Source: Eledone cirrhosa (Eukaryota). From it: a stretch of 64,000 bases of DNA. The stretch covers positions 66,402,001-66,466,000 of the forward strand of contig OZ024740.1 of assembly GCA_964016885.1 (NCBI GenBank). The letters run 5' to 3'. The translations under genes and the position numbers were made by a program. The notes beneath the pieces are model-generated. The model did no database searches and had not been told where the DNA came from. It saw nothing but the letters and a program-made list of their open reading frames with translations. Every line of letters starts with the position of its first letter. Positions within the stretch are counted from its first letter, which is position 1. Positions 47,458 to 62,289 of this stretch are shown here, in pieces.

Positions 47458-48059
47458 ATGTGTGCGTGTGCGTGTATGTGTGTGTGTGTTTGTTTGTTTG
47501 TTTGTGTGTAAGTGAGTGTGCGAGAAAATGTCGGGAATTCACTCGCAGAACGGGCGATATATTGTGTTGTATCTCCTTGTTTCTCGTGTACCAGCTCGCC
47601 TAGCGGGGATAAATGAGTACAAACCAGCATCAGCGAAGGCAACAATGAAGTATTAAAGGCTGCCGTTATTGCCATTGTGTTTTAGTCCCAGGTTAGCTAT
47701 GATCGAGCTGTCCTATGATCAGAGTTGTGACTATAATATCATTATTTCCTTGTTTACTGGAAATAGTTTCCTTAATATAAATTTCCTTTTGATAAGACAG
47801 TAGGTTGTGATTAGAGATAATTGACTACCTTTTTTGAAATATAGAACTGCTAGATGGTGAATACCTCATTGCAATTGTGGAGGGGATCTAATGTTATATA
47901 TGTTTCGTTTGTTATTTACACTGTTGGCTGATTGCACCGGTACTCATGTTTGGGTTGAGTAAAATGTTCCTATAATATATCTGTTACATCCTAACAGAAA
48001 AAGTAAAAGTATCGATCTATAACTTATAAGTTTCTAACGTATAAGGACAGTATTTTTCT

Positions 48060-48380
48060 TTATAGTGTGACGCTAATGGTTTGCTTAAATGTGTCATGAA
48101 AGAACTTGGTTTCATAAAGTCATGAGTCCGATTCCTAACAGTGCATCATGTCCTTGTTCAACAGATTTTATACTACTTAGCTCCTGTCCGTACAGTTGGA
48201 AAAATCATTTGCATCTGCAACTCAAAAGGCCAGCCTTGTCACACGCGTAATGCTAAATGTGTGTATTGTGTTAGTAGTTCACATGCCTATGAAAAGTTCA
48301 GAATCTTGAACGTTAATTTTACGGGCAGGCTGTTCTATTTAACGAACAACTGAAGCATTGGTCCTCAGAACCGAGTTTTG
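48060..48380 (+). repeat. Probable old SINE-like repeat remnant
   Basis: Degenerate B-box-like GAGTCCGATTCC and GTCCTTG core; weak. Confidence 0.3.
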
Positions 48381-50227
48381 TCCAAAAATGTAAAATTGTT
48401 AGTGAAACTTTAATGAATGATTCATTCATAAATAGCGTAAACAGCAAAAATAAAAATATAAATGCAATGGTAATATGAAATAGAAAACCCTTTGCCGTAC
48501 ATATTTATCATTAATAAAAAAAACAAATATCATCAAAAGACTGACATCGCCTGCAATAAACCTCACGGAGATGATTGCCTTCTCTTTTGTTCATGCAGAA
48601 AGCAAAATCTATTTTGAATAATTGCATTCATCACTTCAGTTCATGTTTCCCTTGAACTTTCTGGGTTTCGGGTGCTGTTTATGCAGTGTATCGTAAGCAA
48701 ACATTGCCAGAGGCATTCTCTCCTTCTCCGCGTTGAGCACGAACGATATCCTCCTAATATATGATTCTATCTGGTCATAGAAATATGGTCGTTTTGTTTC
48801 TTCTAGGAAACATGTCCTCACTGGTCATGGATTAAAAAAACATAGAAATTCATCTGTCAAGCTACTTCCTGAAAAATATCGTTTAGCCTGCCAGCGGAAG
48901 TTGTCTACTAGGTTGTGACATTAGGAGCCAGATGTGGGAGTTTTAATAGCGGATGTGTACAGGTGAGTCTGTCAACTCAATGAGTTCAGCTGTCAAATAT
49001 CAAAGGCACCGCATCTACTTGGGGCCCAGTATACCCCACTACTAATGTAATGTTTCTGAAATTCGTTCACTTTACTTTAAAAGAAAATAAATACCATTAG
49101 ATGGTAATGCCCAGTATTGTAAAAACTTTTCTTTTAATCGTTTCACCATATATATAAGGAACTAGTAGGAAACGACACGTCCATCTGCGATGTAATGTTT
49201 CTGTAAACTCTGGTAACGCTATATCCGACATTGAAGTGTTTCGTCAAAGCACTTTACTCTCTTTTCAAAGAAACTTTAGATAACGTTATTTCCAATATTG
49301 AAATAACGTTTCTTTACATAGTTTAACTCTCGTTAAAATAATTGTTTCATGAACTTCTGGATAAACGTAAATCCGGTTTTGCAATGAATAACGTCATTCA
49401 AAGGACGACCAAAACGTATAAACATGTAATTATTAAGCAACACGATACATGTGAAGCTCAAGAACTATATTCCTTGATTGCGTTTCTTGTTAACAGGTTT
49501 TCGAATTCTTTCCGAAGGGACGGAATCTTTGGATCTTGCCTTCTAACATGGGCATATATTAGTTCATCTGCAGTTCTTAGACATAACTAACTAAATCGAC
49601 TCTAGTTATCACCTGTTACTTGTACAACTAAACAACTAACATTCTGATGAGTAACTTGATTTGTGATATAGTATTTAAATCTCCATAAAATTAGATAATG
49701 CTGCGTTTAAGAAGAGAAGCCCGTTGGTTAATAGCATATTTCTGAAAATAAATATATTCATGATTGAACCATTTATTGTAGCTCTGCTCTAGTGTGGGGG
49801 GGGGGGGGGGTCCCGGGAACTGAGCAACATAAACAAAAATACATGTTTATATTTTCATCCAAGCATGATGTATGTACCTTCTGTGATGAGGTGTCACAAC
49901 ATAGACGGTCGATTACAGGGGAATGTTGCTACATGAACATATATATATGAGAGAAAGAAATGATTTCTGGAATCGAACATTTAATTGACTTCAATAAATA
50001 ACATATTATTACTAAAAGTAATCATATGGGATTTGAACATCCTGAGATAAAACCACTTAGGGGGCCAATTTATACATTTATCTCTCGTGGGTTCATAAAA
50101 TAAGGAACTGTATTTATAAGTGAACGTTTTGACGCTGTGACAATATATATATACATATATATATATATATGTTGATTTAACACTTCACTACTCGCAAGTG
50201 TTTTTTAAGCTTCATATCATGTCTCCC

Positions 50228-50298
50228 TATTTTATCTGATGAGAAAGCAAATATCATCCCATAATGATATTTGTTTTTGAAATGCGCATAATAAAATA
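50228..50298 (+). ncRNA. Complete type I hammerhead ribozyme
   Basis: Stem I TATTTTAT/ATAAAATA, CTGATGA, ~15-bp stem II, GAAA, palindromic stem III ATGCGCAT, AUA cleavage triplet. Confidence 0.85.
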
Positions 50299-50328
50299 CA
50301 TGGAACTCTTTTAACTATCTTTTGATCT

Positions 50329-50372
<44 letters not shown>

Positions 50373-50394
50373 ATATATAGTTTTTCGAATATTA

Positions 50395-50599
50395 ATAATT
50401 GTTTTTACTTTTGGAACAAGGCCAGCAATTACCCAGTGTATTACTGGTACTTTATTTCATCGACCCCGTAAGGATGAAAGGTAAAGTTAACCTTGGCGGG
50501 ATTTGAACACAGAATGGCTTCAAATCCCGCCACGGTTAACTTTGCCTTTCATCCTTACGGAGTCGATCAAATAAAGTACCAGTAATACACTGGATAATT
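50395..50599. mobile_element. SINE fragment plus inverted copy (fold-back SINE)
   Basis: 50427-50507 and 50519-50599 are reverse complements joined at the B box. Confidence 0.85.
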
Positions 50600-50717
50600 T
50601 TCGAACATTAATAATAACATTCGATTCGTTTGCAATTATGCAAACAAGCCTCAATTTTATAGTCATGTCAGTAGAATGAACCCCTCATGCATGCTCTTGT
50701 GTTGGCATGTTCAACTA

Positions 50718-50748
<31 letters not shown>

Positions 50749-50788
50749 TTCGTTTCTGAATTTGTTTAGCAAAATAAAAGAATCCCCA

Positions 50789-50831
50789 GTCACTGAAGAG
50801 GTCACATAATGTGTGACGAAAGAACTTTGAC
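50789..50831 (+). ncRNA. Minimal hammerhead motif
   Basis: GTCA-CTGAAGA-g-GTCACA-taatg-TGTGAC-GAAA-GAAC-TT-TGAC. Confidence 0.55.
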
Positions 50832-51006
50832 AATATATGAACAATCGTCTAGTTGTGGAACCAACCAACCAACCGGAAAATTATACATTTAATTTATAAT
50901 AAATTGAAGTGAATGCAACTGGTGCGTATGTTTCTTATTGGCAACATGACCCTCCCAAAGTATAACAATATACATATATATATATATATATCTATATATA
51001 TATATA

Positions 51007-51094
<88 letters not shown>

Positions 51095-51283
51095 TATATA
51101 TATATATATATATATAATATATATATATATAAAATATATAGGTTTACATATACATAAACTAGACAGAGCCATATATATATATATATATGTGTGTGTGTGT
51201 CTTTGGCAACCATTAACGGTGTGACTCAATGACGAATTAATTAATTAAATAATCAACAATCATAGCAATATACAAGAACATAA

Positions 51284-51829
51284 GTTCATAGAAACATTTG
51301 ATAAAATATATACACTATTTGTCCTCCCAATCAGCATAATCAACCACATAAAAAATCAATTAAACGAGGCTATAAGTTTAAAATGTATCTATGAAGAAAC
51401 AATAGATAAATAAATGATAGCTATTTTATCCGCGATCAACAGCCACAGAAGATTTACCTAGTATTTCTAATAGCCCGAAGAAATTAACTAGACATATAGT
51501 TAACCATACACAATTAGGTACAAAATCAAAGTTAGAAAAAAAAATGTACATAAACATACCAAAATTAATTTTTTCATCTAACTTTGATTTTATACCTAAT
51601 TGTGTATGGTTGTCTATATCTCTTGTCAATTTCTACGGGCTATTAGAAATACTGGGTAAATCTTCTGTGACTGTGGATGGCGGATAAAATAAATATCATT
51701 TATTTATCTATTGTTTCTTCATAGATACATTTTAAACTGATAGCCTCGTTTAATTGATTTTTTATGTGGTTAATTATGGTGATTGGGAGGAGAAATAGTG
51801 TATATATTTTATCAAATGATTCTATGGAC
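51284..51829. repeat. Imperfect ~255-bp-arm inverted repeat
   Basis: CATTTGATAAAATATATACACTATTT...CAAAGTTAGA and TCTAACTTTG...AAATAGTGTATATATTTTATCAAATG. Confidence 0.88.
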
Positions 51830-52011
51830 CTACTTTCTCATATATATATATATACAAATATATATATATATATATATAGGAACGAGTAGGACCCCGACGG
51901 CTGAGCTCAAGCCGTTTCGACGGCTAATTCTGGACTAGTATTGAGTATTATTGAGTACTTTGGTGCGTTATGGTCCACCTGGTTCCCTACCACATTTCCT
52001 TCGTTATATAT

Positions 52012-53985
52012 ATCCACCGGCTCCGAACGCCCCAGATCCGTTTCTCACCCTGGGCCGACGACCATCGTCTTGGACGCCGGCCCCAGGGCAATTTAGCCCC
52101 CTGGACGCGTTCGTCGATGCCAGCCGTGGCGTAGTAAATCGCTTCGACTTCCGCCACCGGTCCCAACGGAATAACATCTCACAGGGCGAACTCCTGGCTC
52201 TTCGCTCTCTCCGTAGCCGAGATGACATCGTTATCAAACCGGCGGACAAGAGAGGCGCCGCTGTGGTGTGGCGCGCTGACCTCTACACTGCAGCTCCGTA
52301 ACCCCCTCTTCTAGTGCCATCTACCCTCCGATCCCACACCCCTCTACCAACAACATGTTTCCTCCACCATCCAACACCTTCTCCCCCCCCCCTCCACCGC
52401 TTCCCACCTCATCGTCCGCACCCTCCGCACCCCCACTATCTACTTCCTCCCCAAACTCCACAAACCCGACAACCCCGGCCGCCCCATCGTCTCCGCTAGC
52501 AACTGCCCCAGCGAACTCATCTTCGCCTTTCTTGACACCATCCTCTCCCCCCTCATCACCACCCTCCCCTCCCACATCTCCGACACCAACCACGCCCTTC
52601 GCCTATTCGACTCCTTCACCTTCCCACCCGGCCCACAGCCCTTCCTCTTCACCCTAGATTTCAAGTCGCTCTATACAGTCATACCCCACGCCGACGGCCT
52701 ACGTGCCCTCAAGCACTACCTCGACCTTCGCCCCTCCCCACCCCCTCCACCCCACCCTCCTTCGCCTCGCCGAGCTGGTCCTCACCCTCAACTGTTTTTC
52801 CTTCTCGGGTGAGTTTTACCAACAGGACACGGGGGTAGCCATGGGCACAGGAATGAGCCCAAACTATGCCAACCTTTTTGTTGGTCATGTTGAGGCCCAA
52901 ATCTTTGCCCAGTACACCGGCCCACGCCCGAACTGTACGGTCGTTACATCGACGACTGTATCGGAGCCACGACCCTCACCCGAGCACATCTCGACTCCTT
53001 TCTCTCCTTCTTCTGCTCATTCCACCCCTCCCTCCACTTCACCACCTATATATCGACCACCCACGTCCACTACTTAGATATCTCCGTCGCATTCGACCCC
53101 TCCCACCATTCCCTCGTCACCTCCGCCTTCTTCAAATCAACCAACTCCCACTCCTATCTTGACTTCACCTCTTCCCACCCAACACACACTAAACACTCTG
53201 TTCCCTACTCCAAACCCTCAGGATCTGCCGCCTCTGTAGCCGAGATGCTGACTGTGAGTCCCAGGCCCTTTCCCTAGTCAGCTATTTCATCCGCAGAGGC
53301 CCCTCCCCCTCTATCCTCCACACCGCTCTCATTCGCGCCCGTGCTGTCCACCGCTCCACCACCCTCACCCAACGCCACCGCACACCCACCCGCCGTCTCC
53401 CCTTCCCCATCACCTACCACCCCTCCACCGCACCATACTCTGCTTCTTCCGACGCCTCCAGTCCGACCCCTCCACTTCCCACACTTCCCAGCCCCACCAC
53501 TCTCCTCCTTCAAACGGGCACGAAATCTCCGCACCCTCCTCGTCCGCAGCTCCCTACCCCCCCCCCCGGTTCCTTTCCCTGTTCCAGGCCGCGTTGCAAC
53601 ACCTGTCCCCACATCACCAACACCACTACCTTACAGGGTCCCCACGGCCACGGTCTCTCTGTCCGGCATGCCTTCCACTGCACCTCCTCCAAACTAGTCT
53701 ATGGACTTCGCTGCACGGAGTGCATCGCAACCTACGTCGGACAGACTGGGCGTCGCCTGGCGGACCGTTTTACCGAACACCTCCTGGATATTCGTCTCGG
53801 CGGTAGTTTGCCCATCGCCCGCCACTTTGGCTCCCCTGGACATTCCACGCACCACCTCACAGTCTGTGGCCTACTAAATGCCACGGAACACCCGCCACCC
53901 TTCTCAGGGACGAACAACGCACCATCTTCACCCTACAGACCCACACTCCGCCCGGCCTGAACTCCACACCATATTCCTTTAGCCG
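52012..53985 (+). pseudogene. PLE reverse transcriptase + GIY-YIG endonuclease, frameshifted
   Basis: IKPADKRG, YFLPKLHK..PGRPIVS, LDFKSLYT, GVAMGT..SPNYANLF, RYIDD, CSRPRCNTC, LVYGLRC..C..YVGQTGR...RF.EH. Confidence 0.88.
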
Positions 53986-55426
53986 TCGACCGCCCTGTCC
54001 CCCGCCCCCCACATAACCCCCACTAACAGCACTAACACATTCCTCCTTTTCACCGCCCACCCCACAACTAAAAATACTAACACCCCACCCCACACCCGAC
54101 CACCCTTCCTCAACTAACAATACTAACATCCTTTCTTCTCCCCGCCCCTTATCACGCACACACCCACCGGTATATATATACACGCACTCACACTAACCAC
54201 ATACCCTACTACCACCACTAACCCTCACCCACACATCCACTCCCACCACCCCACAACTAATACCACTAACCCCCCCCCCACGCACACGAACACACACACA
54301 CTTACACCACCCACTCTACATACCCTACCACCACTGACCCTCACTAACACCCGCATTCAACCCTTTCCCCATCACCGGTATACTAACACCCACTAATACC
54401 CTCTTCACCACACACACACTCATCCAAACACGCACACATACACCAGAACACTACACTCCCTCCACCAACCTCCACAACTTTCTCTCCCCCTCCCTCTAAC
54501 CTCTCCAACCACACCCCTTCTCACACACACACACACACATCCCACTAACACCTCTACTAATACACACCCCCTCCTCACCCCACATTTCACACCTACCCAT
54601 CCTCTTCCCTGTCCACCGCACCTCCGCACACACTGACAGACCGACTTACTCCACCTGCCATTCTTCCCTACTGCTGCTATGCCCTGAATCTCTGACCACC
54701 TCTCCGCACACACAGACACACAACCCTACTCCTCCCTTAACCCTCTGACCACTTCCTGTTGCGCGCACACCCCACATCTCCCCTCTTCCGACCTACCCAA
54801 CCACGGATTACACACATTGGACATCGCTCCCACGAATCAACTCCATCACAAGGAAATTATCCAGCATCCCACCACATCCTCTACGGAACTACCTTAGGAA
54901 CTTACCCACGGACATACACTCACAAACATTTTTTTTCCCACACGCCACCGACATCCACAATACCTATAAACACCACACACACGTGCGTACCACCACATAT
55001 TTACACACTCAGCCTCCGGAATCCTCTCCCAAACTTCCCCACCCCTCTGACCCCTCCCCATCCACACACGCACACGCACACATACACCGACCTACACCCC
55101 ACCCACACATCTTTTCCTGAACATGCAAGCCCCGTTCTTCCCCCAACTCTCACATTCACATACACACAGACACACGTACACCTACACACACACACCACCT
55201 TCAGCCCTCCCTGCTCGGACACCACGCCTCCCTCTCCCCACTCCACCCACCACAACTCCTACACGCCCCACATTCTTCCGCCACTTGTTTAACTTCATGT
55301 TTATTTTTATTTTTATAATGCTTTTATATTTATTTTCATTTGTACCGTTTCCTCTCACACCCTTTTTCCTAAATGTCTCTCCCCCACTCCCCAACACACG
55401 GTTGGAACTCTCTTCCCACATACTTT

Positions 55427-55462
55427 TAGCCTGAAGAAGGGCTTATGCCCGAAACGTCGTAC
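55427..55462 (+). ncRNA. Minimal hammerhead motif in the PLE pLTR
   Basis: CTGAAGA-a-GGGC-ttat-GCCC-GAAA-CG-TC; palindromic ACGT; stem I weak. Confidence 0.6.
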
Positions 55463-55612
55463 CCCACTACCACCCACTCTCAAGAGCGTGAAACTAATAA
55501 ACCTTTGTTCGTACTGCCTCTCTGTTTTGTTCCCGTTGAATTTTTCACTATGTATATATATTCGAATTTTGTTTATCGTGAACTCGTACGCCGATTTTTC
55601 GATACTCGATCA

Positions 55613-55687
<75 letters not shown>

Positions 55688-56371
55688 ATGCATGTAAGTA
55701 TGTGTGTTCGTGTGTGTAATCAATAATAATACGGTTGGAGTGTTTGAACGAAGAGTAAGATGTGTAACTGCTGTACAGCATTTTGGAAACTATCTTCATA
55801 TTTCACTGTCCGCAACGATTTGTTTTGTTTCATCTAGTTTTAAGTTATAACAGTGGAACTAAGCACCTTCTATGAAATGTTCCCACCGGGTTTATGACGT
55901 CAATTATGAAAAGCCATTTCTACAAGTAGCACACACTAGTGACACCGAAAACTGTTTTGTTTCTTTTTTCGCTTTTATTTTCTTTGGAATTTTTTTTATT
56001 TTTATTTTCGTTTCACTGAAGACACAATGTTGGCAATAATAGCTTTTTACTTCCCTCTCAAGCCGTTATTTAACATTCATTAGTACAGCGGTCTCGCTAA
56101 GCACAATGATGTCTTACATTTTATTTTATTGTTTGTTCGTTATTTCCTAAAGGAATGTGATGAATACATAGTGAGTGGGAAATACCTGCCAATAATTTAA
56201 TAAGAAATAAAAACATTGGAATCAGACATAAGAAGTAGTAGAGATTAAAACACAGCGAATTGGCATAGCTGTTATGGTGTCAGTGTTTTATTTTTTATTT
56301 ACATTTTTTACTGTTTAATCTGTGAGTGTAGATGCAGGTTGGCATAATGTTCAATATATTTGCTTTGCAAT

Positions 56372-56555
56372 AATAATTATTTCTGCTTTTGGCACAAGGC
56401 CAGTAATTACCCAGTACATTACTGGTACTCTATTTTATCGACCCCGCAAGTATGAAAGGCAAAGTTAACCTCGGCGGGATTCGACCTCAGATCGCAAAGG
56501 GAAGTAACTATGCTGCAAAGCATGGCGTCCGACCCTCTACCGATACTGCCAATTC
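56372..56555 (-). mobile_element. tRNA-headed SINE, near full length
   Basis: Same family as 41728-41906. Confidence 0.85.
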
Positions 56556-57269
56556 ACAATGATCCGAATTTGATCTCTCTACATGGCCCCGTGAACAACT
56601 GTCATTTAATATAGTGACGGGCATCCCAAATTCCAAGAGTGGAATTGAATACATAGAAATGATTTGATGTCTCTTAGGACTGTACCGCAATTCAAGTGGT
56701 CGGCTTGCTACATTCAGAATCTCCATGAGAATAACGTGAGGTACAAGTGTAAATGAAATATTCTGCCATTTACACATTAATTTCACAATAAGCTATTCCG
56801 TGTTGAGACATCTAGAATCCTCGGATATGTTTCATTGTTTTATAGGTATGAAAGAAAGGGTCCCTTAAAATATCCAGGGCTTAATGAATACTGCGATCAA
56901 TGGCTAACGTTAAAGACGGAGATAGATCAAAACAAAAAGGATTCTGTACTCAATGCCCATACAGTCGCCTTGAACTCGACAACAGATGTTTAACACAGTG
57001 GTAATTTAGTTACGACACTTTTATTTTATAGGGAAAAGATTAATGAGTAGGAATGAGCAAAACAGATGACCACAGAAATACAGATCAGTGAAATATATAT
57101 GTGCTCACCCGAAACAAATGAATGTCAATAGTAAATGGTGATTAACGATTCGACGGACTAGTATGCCGCACAGGGAGGGGTCTGGTACTTACAGTTGCTT
57201 AACGCCAAGGAAAACTGACATAAACTCCGGCCTGATGAGATTCTACGCTCAGGACAGCCGTAAGTTTAT

Positions 57270-57927
<658 letters not shown>

Positions 57928-58015
57928 TTATACTTTTACTCGTGTAGGACACCTCGGTTATTTTTCATTTTGTAAAAATACCTCACTTTCTAATATATAT
58001 GCATATATATATATG

Positions 58016-58050
<35 letters not shown>

Positions 58051-58087
58051 ATATGTGTGTGTGTATATATGTATATGTAATTATATA

Positions 58088-58151
<64 letters not shown>

Positions 58152-59296
58152 TTCATAAGCAAATAATAGAGAGGTTTACAAACGAAAGCATCTCTATTTA
58201 CGGATTTTGGCTGATACTAAAAAAAAATTATATACAAACACACGTGCATTCAAACGCCGGGATAATAACTTTCACTACAATGCTACATATTCATGCATAT
58301 ACAAGAAGATCTCCACACATCCAATCATAAATATTCGCATTCACTCACCAGAAAACGGTATTGAAATTCATGACTCGAACACACAAACACACACACACAC
58401 ACCCACACCCACACACATACACACCCACACACACGCACACTCACACACACACCCACACATACAAACCCACCCACCCACACCCACACAGACACACACAACA
58501 CACACCCACATCCACCCACACACACTACACACAAACACACACACACACACACACAGACACCCCCCCCCCCCCACACACACACAAACAAAGGCACAGTATA
58601 TAAACTGTGATGAAGATAGAGAGAGTTAGTATGGAAAGTGAAAGGGCGACATACTAAACCAGGATCATAATTCCATATATTACAAGGGAACGATAAACTG
58701 GAAGCAAGCGATGAACGACTAACTTAGTGGGAGAAAGCGGCAAATGTTATGTGTAGGAGAGAGAGAAAGATTTAAAGAAATATATAGAGAGAAAGCAAAC
58801 GACAGCAGTACAGTGTGAATTGCAGGGAAGCAGCCACGCACGTGCTTATACCGAAGCTAAAAATGACCGATTACACCAACTCAAACGTAAGCCTATAACT
58901 AAACATAAACTAACAGAAAACAAAACAGTGAGTATAGTCCTGTACTATACATAACTAAACTAAACAATCCATTTTCCACCCCTACCAGCCAACCTATCAC
59001 CCAACCGGCAACAAGGGCACATTAACAACCAGCCAACAAAATACACAACCAGTTAACGACACAATAACCAGACCAAACATCCAGCCAACCAACCACTGAT
59101 CGAAAACAACCAGCCTGCCAACCACACCACCAACCAGCCACATAACCAGCAGTCAGACTCTAGTCAGCCTTCAGTCCGTTTACCAGTCACATCTTTTTAA
59201 TGCGAAATTACAGGCAGAGTTTCAGTGAAGGAAATATATAAACATAAATATATATAAAGGAGTGATAGAACGGACTGTCGTTTATTTATATTTCAG

Positions 59297-59439
59297 GAAT
59301 TGGTCCATATTTAAAGACCAGATTTTCATCATCAACGGATTTCATGGGGGATAATTACTGTTCCACGGTTTCCCTAGATTTAGTTGAAGAACAAAAGGAT
59401 CGAGAAGCTGTCGATTATATTTTCCCAGAGGACGGACCG
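59297..59439 (+). CDS. Candidate internal coding exon of an unidentified host gene
   Basis: T-rich tract + CAG acceptor, CCG|GTAGG donor, one frame open throughout (IGPYLKTRF...DYIFPEDGP). Confidence 0.35.
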
Positions 59440-60024
59440 GTAGGCTAATAATTTCGCTTAATTCATTTAAAACAAGAAAGAATAATACACTCATGTTTCT
59501 TTCTCTACTTCTATCTTTCTCTCGCTGTAACACTCTTTCTTACTTCCATCTCTCTTTCTCACTTGTTGTATGTATAAAAATGTGTACAAAACACCGGTTG
59601 ATTTATGAAACATCAAGTAAATTTGAAATCTAATCACCCGAACGCCAATGGCCCCAATTCTATTCAATCACTAAAAATGAGATTAAAAAAAACAATACAT
59701 TGAGAGGGAAACGGCGGACAAAGACACCTGTAAGGAATCAACCCGGCATGTTAATGATTGCAGATAGAAGTATAAACAGCAAGTTGTTTTAATTTGCGCT
59801 CATAAATAATAGAAAATATATATAATCATCCCAACATGAATGAATGTAATACTATTCGATTACTATAAATACAAGAAATTGGAGGTGATGCATCCCTCTT
59901 TCCATTTTCCCGTTTCTCTTATCATTAGTTATAGTAACTAAATGTCATATATATATCCATACACTCTAAATGTCATACACATACTTACACACAGACACAC
60001 ACAGAGATACACACAACACACATA

Positions 60025-60061
<37 letters not shown>

Positions 60062-60196
60062 CCCCCCCATACACATATATATATACTCGTTAAAAAATAT
60101 TAAAACCCTACATCGTTATTGGGGCATGGATTATCTTTGATTAAAAAGATAAAAGACTAAATTGCATACGTAGACACACAAGAACATACACATATC

Positions 60197-60256
<60 letters not shown>

Positions 60257-60404
60257 TATAAAGTGAGGAAAGAGAGTGCGCTGAACCAATCCCACTCTCT
60301 GAGCGACAGCATCTATAGCCCGAGAGAGAGAGAGACTCAGTCATACTCGTGTATATCAATGTTTTCATACTCACACATAAACACACACACACACACACAT
60401 ATAC

Positions 60405-60456
<52 letters not shown>

Positions 60457-60478
60457 TATTATATATAGAGAGAGAGAG

Positions 60479-60549
<71 letters not shown>

Positions 60550-60758
60550 TGTCTGTGGAACTATAAAGATAGATGGACAGATAAATAAATATACAGATAA
60601 ATCGATAGACAGATAGAAGATTTGCGTACAACTTATTTTGTTTGTAAGACATTCTACTGCGGTAGCATCCAGCACCAGCTGAGCCATACGCTCTGAGGCA
60701 GCGAAATACATGAATATAGCATACACACAAATGTTGATACACACATAACTACACTCCT

Positions 60759-60817
<59 letters not shown>

Positions 60818-61164
60818 TACACACACACACATAAATATATATATATATATTTATATATATTCGTAGAAATAGTTATACATTCTTATATACATACATGCTT
60901 CTACGTATGTGTGCTCGTTCATGAGCCTGTCCGTGTAGTAGTTCGTGCGTGTATGTGTAGACGAAAACTTGCGCATATCATTTTTATTCGTCATGTTAAT
61001 TCTCAAACATTTACACATACAGTGTGCATAGAATATATATATATATATGTATGTATGCATATAAATATCTATATATGTATATACATATATACTTATGTAT
61101 ATACATATATGCATATATGTATATATATATGAATATATTTATATATATATATATACATACATAC

Positions 61165-61246
<82 letters not shown>

Positions 61247-61253
<7 letters not shown>

Positions 61254-61338
61254 TAACAGATTAAAGTTTAAGCAACGAATCGCTGCTTTCACCCTTAACG
61301 GGCTCTATTTGCTTAAACTTTAATCTGTTATTTTAATA
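61247..61338. repeat. Short fold-back repeat next to (TA)n
   Basis: About 30-bp arms ATTAAAATAACAGATTAAAGTTTAAGCAA. Confidence 0.8.
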
Positions 61339-61477
61339 AATATTTGCTCTACGGTTCTTATATATCTGATATATATTTATCCTTATCGAGCCCTCTTTGG
61401 ATTTTAGTCTTCAAATGTATTATTATTACTATATATATATATATATATATATATGACGATCATGACATCTTTATTTT

Positions 61478-61762
61478 AGTTCCCGTCTGCCATGTGCAAG
61501 AAGGTGGCTGTGGGGGCCGATCCTTGTCTTACAGGTCTGGGGACAGTGGGGTCAGCGGACAGACCGGAGTCGCTTGGGGCAGCTGTTAATGCCTTTCTCC
61601 TCCTTCCACGGGCCTCAGTGACCTCTGCCCATCTCTTCTCTTCAAAAGATTCTTCGGCGCGTCTGGTAAGGGCTCGCCACTCAGCCCTGTCCTGAGCATG
61701 AGACTCGAGTTGTCTTGGCGCGATTCCAGCGTTGTTGATACTCGACTTCACGCAGTCTTTGA
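61478..61762 (-). mobile_element. RTE-clade LINE 3' fragment
   Basis: KDCVKS...ESHAQDRAEWRAL...FEEKR resembles an RTE C-terminus. Confidence 0.65.
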
Positions 61763-61834
61763 AATGTATATATATATATGTATATATATATGTATATGTG
61801 TATGTGTATGTGTATATGTATATGTATATATATA

Positions 61835-61879
<45 letters not shown>

Positions 61880-62011
61880 CAAAGACTATATGTATATGTA
61901 TAAAATATTAAACAAATAATGAACAAACAATTCCTTATATTAAACAAAAAAAGGTTCACTATTTAACGATCGTTTCTGGGGCATATATGTGCTATAATAC
62001 ATATATATATG

Positions 62012-62068
<57 letters not shown>

Positions 62069-62081
62069 CAAAGACTATATG

Positions 62082-62167
<86 letters not shown>

Positions 62168-62233
62168 TATGTCCAAAGGCTCTGATACCATCAACACTAT
62201 ACACACAGAGCTGGCATATCTAAGAACTGACTA

Positions 62234-62289
62234 ACTGCCTGATGAGGTCATAGCCATTCAATGGCTATCATCGAAATATATATAGCAGT
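62234..62289 (+). ncRNA. Complete type I hammerhead ribozyme
   Basis: Stem I ACTGC/GCAGT, CTGATGA, stem II GGT.ATAGCCAT/ATGGCTAT.ATC, GAAA, palindromic ATATATAT, AUA triplet, then AATAAA. Confidence 0.82.

Larger units (their letters stand above)
52012..55552 (+). mobile_element. Penelope-like element (Neptune-like), 5'-truncated, in (TA)n
   Basis: RT and GIY-YIG remnants, long C-rich 3' region, terminal pLTR with hammerhead motif and AATAAA. Confidence 0.85.

Noticed and set aside
48636-48968. Candidate exon ending at GTGAGT (+) and 61-aa ORF (-)
   Set aside because: No frame stayed convincingly open on +; the - ORF is short with no recognisable homology.
57225-57265. CTGATGAG motif
   Set aside because: No downstream GAAA or stem III; more likely a LINE/SINE 3' tail remnant.
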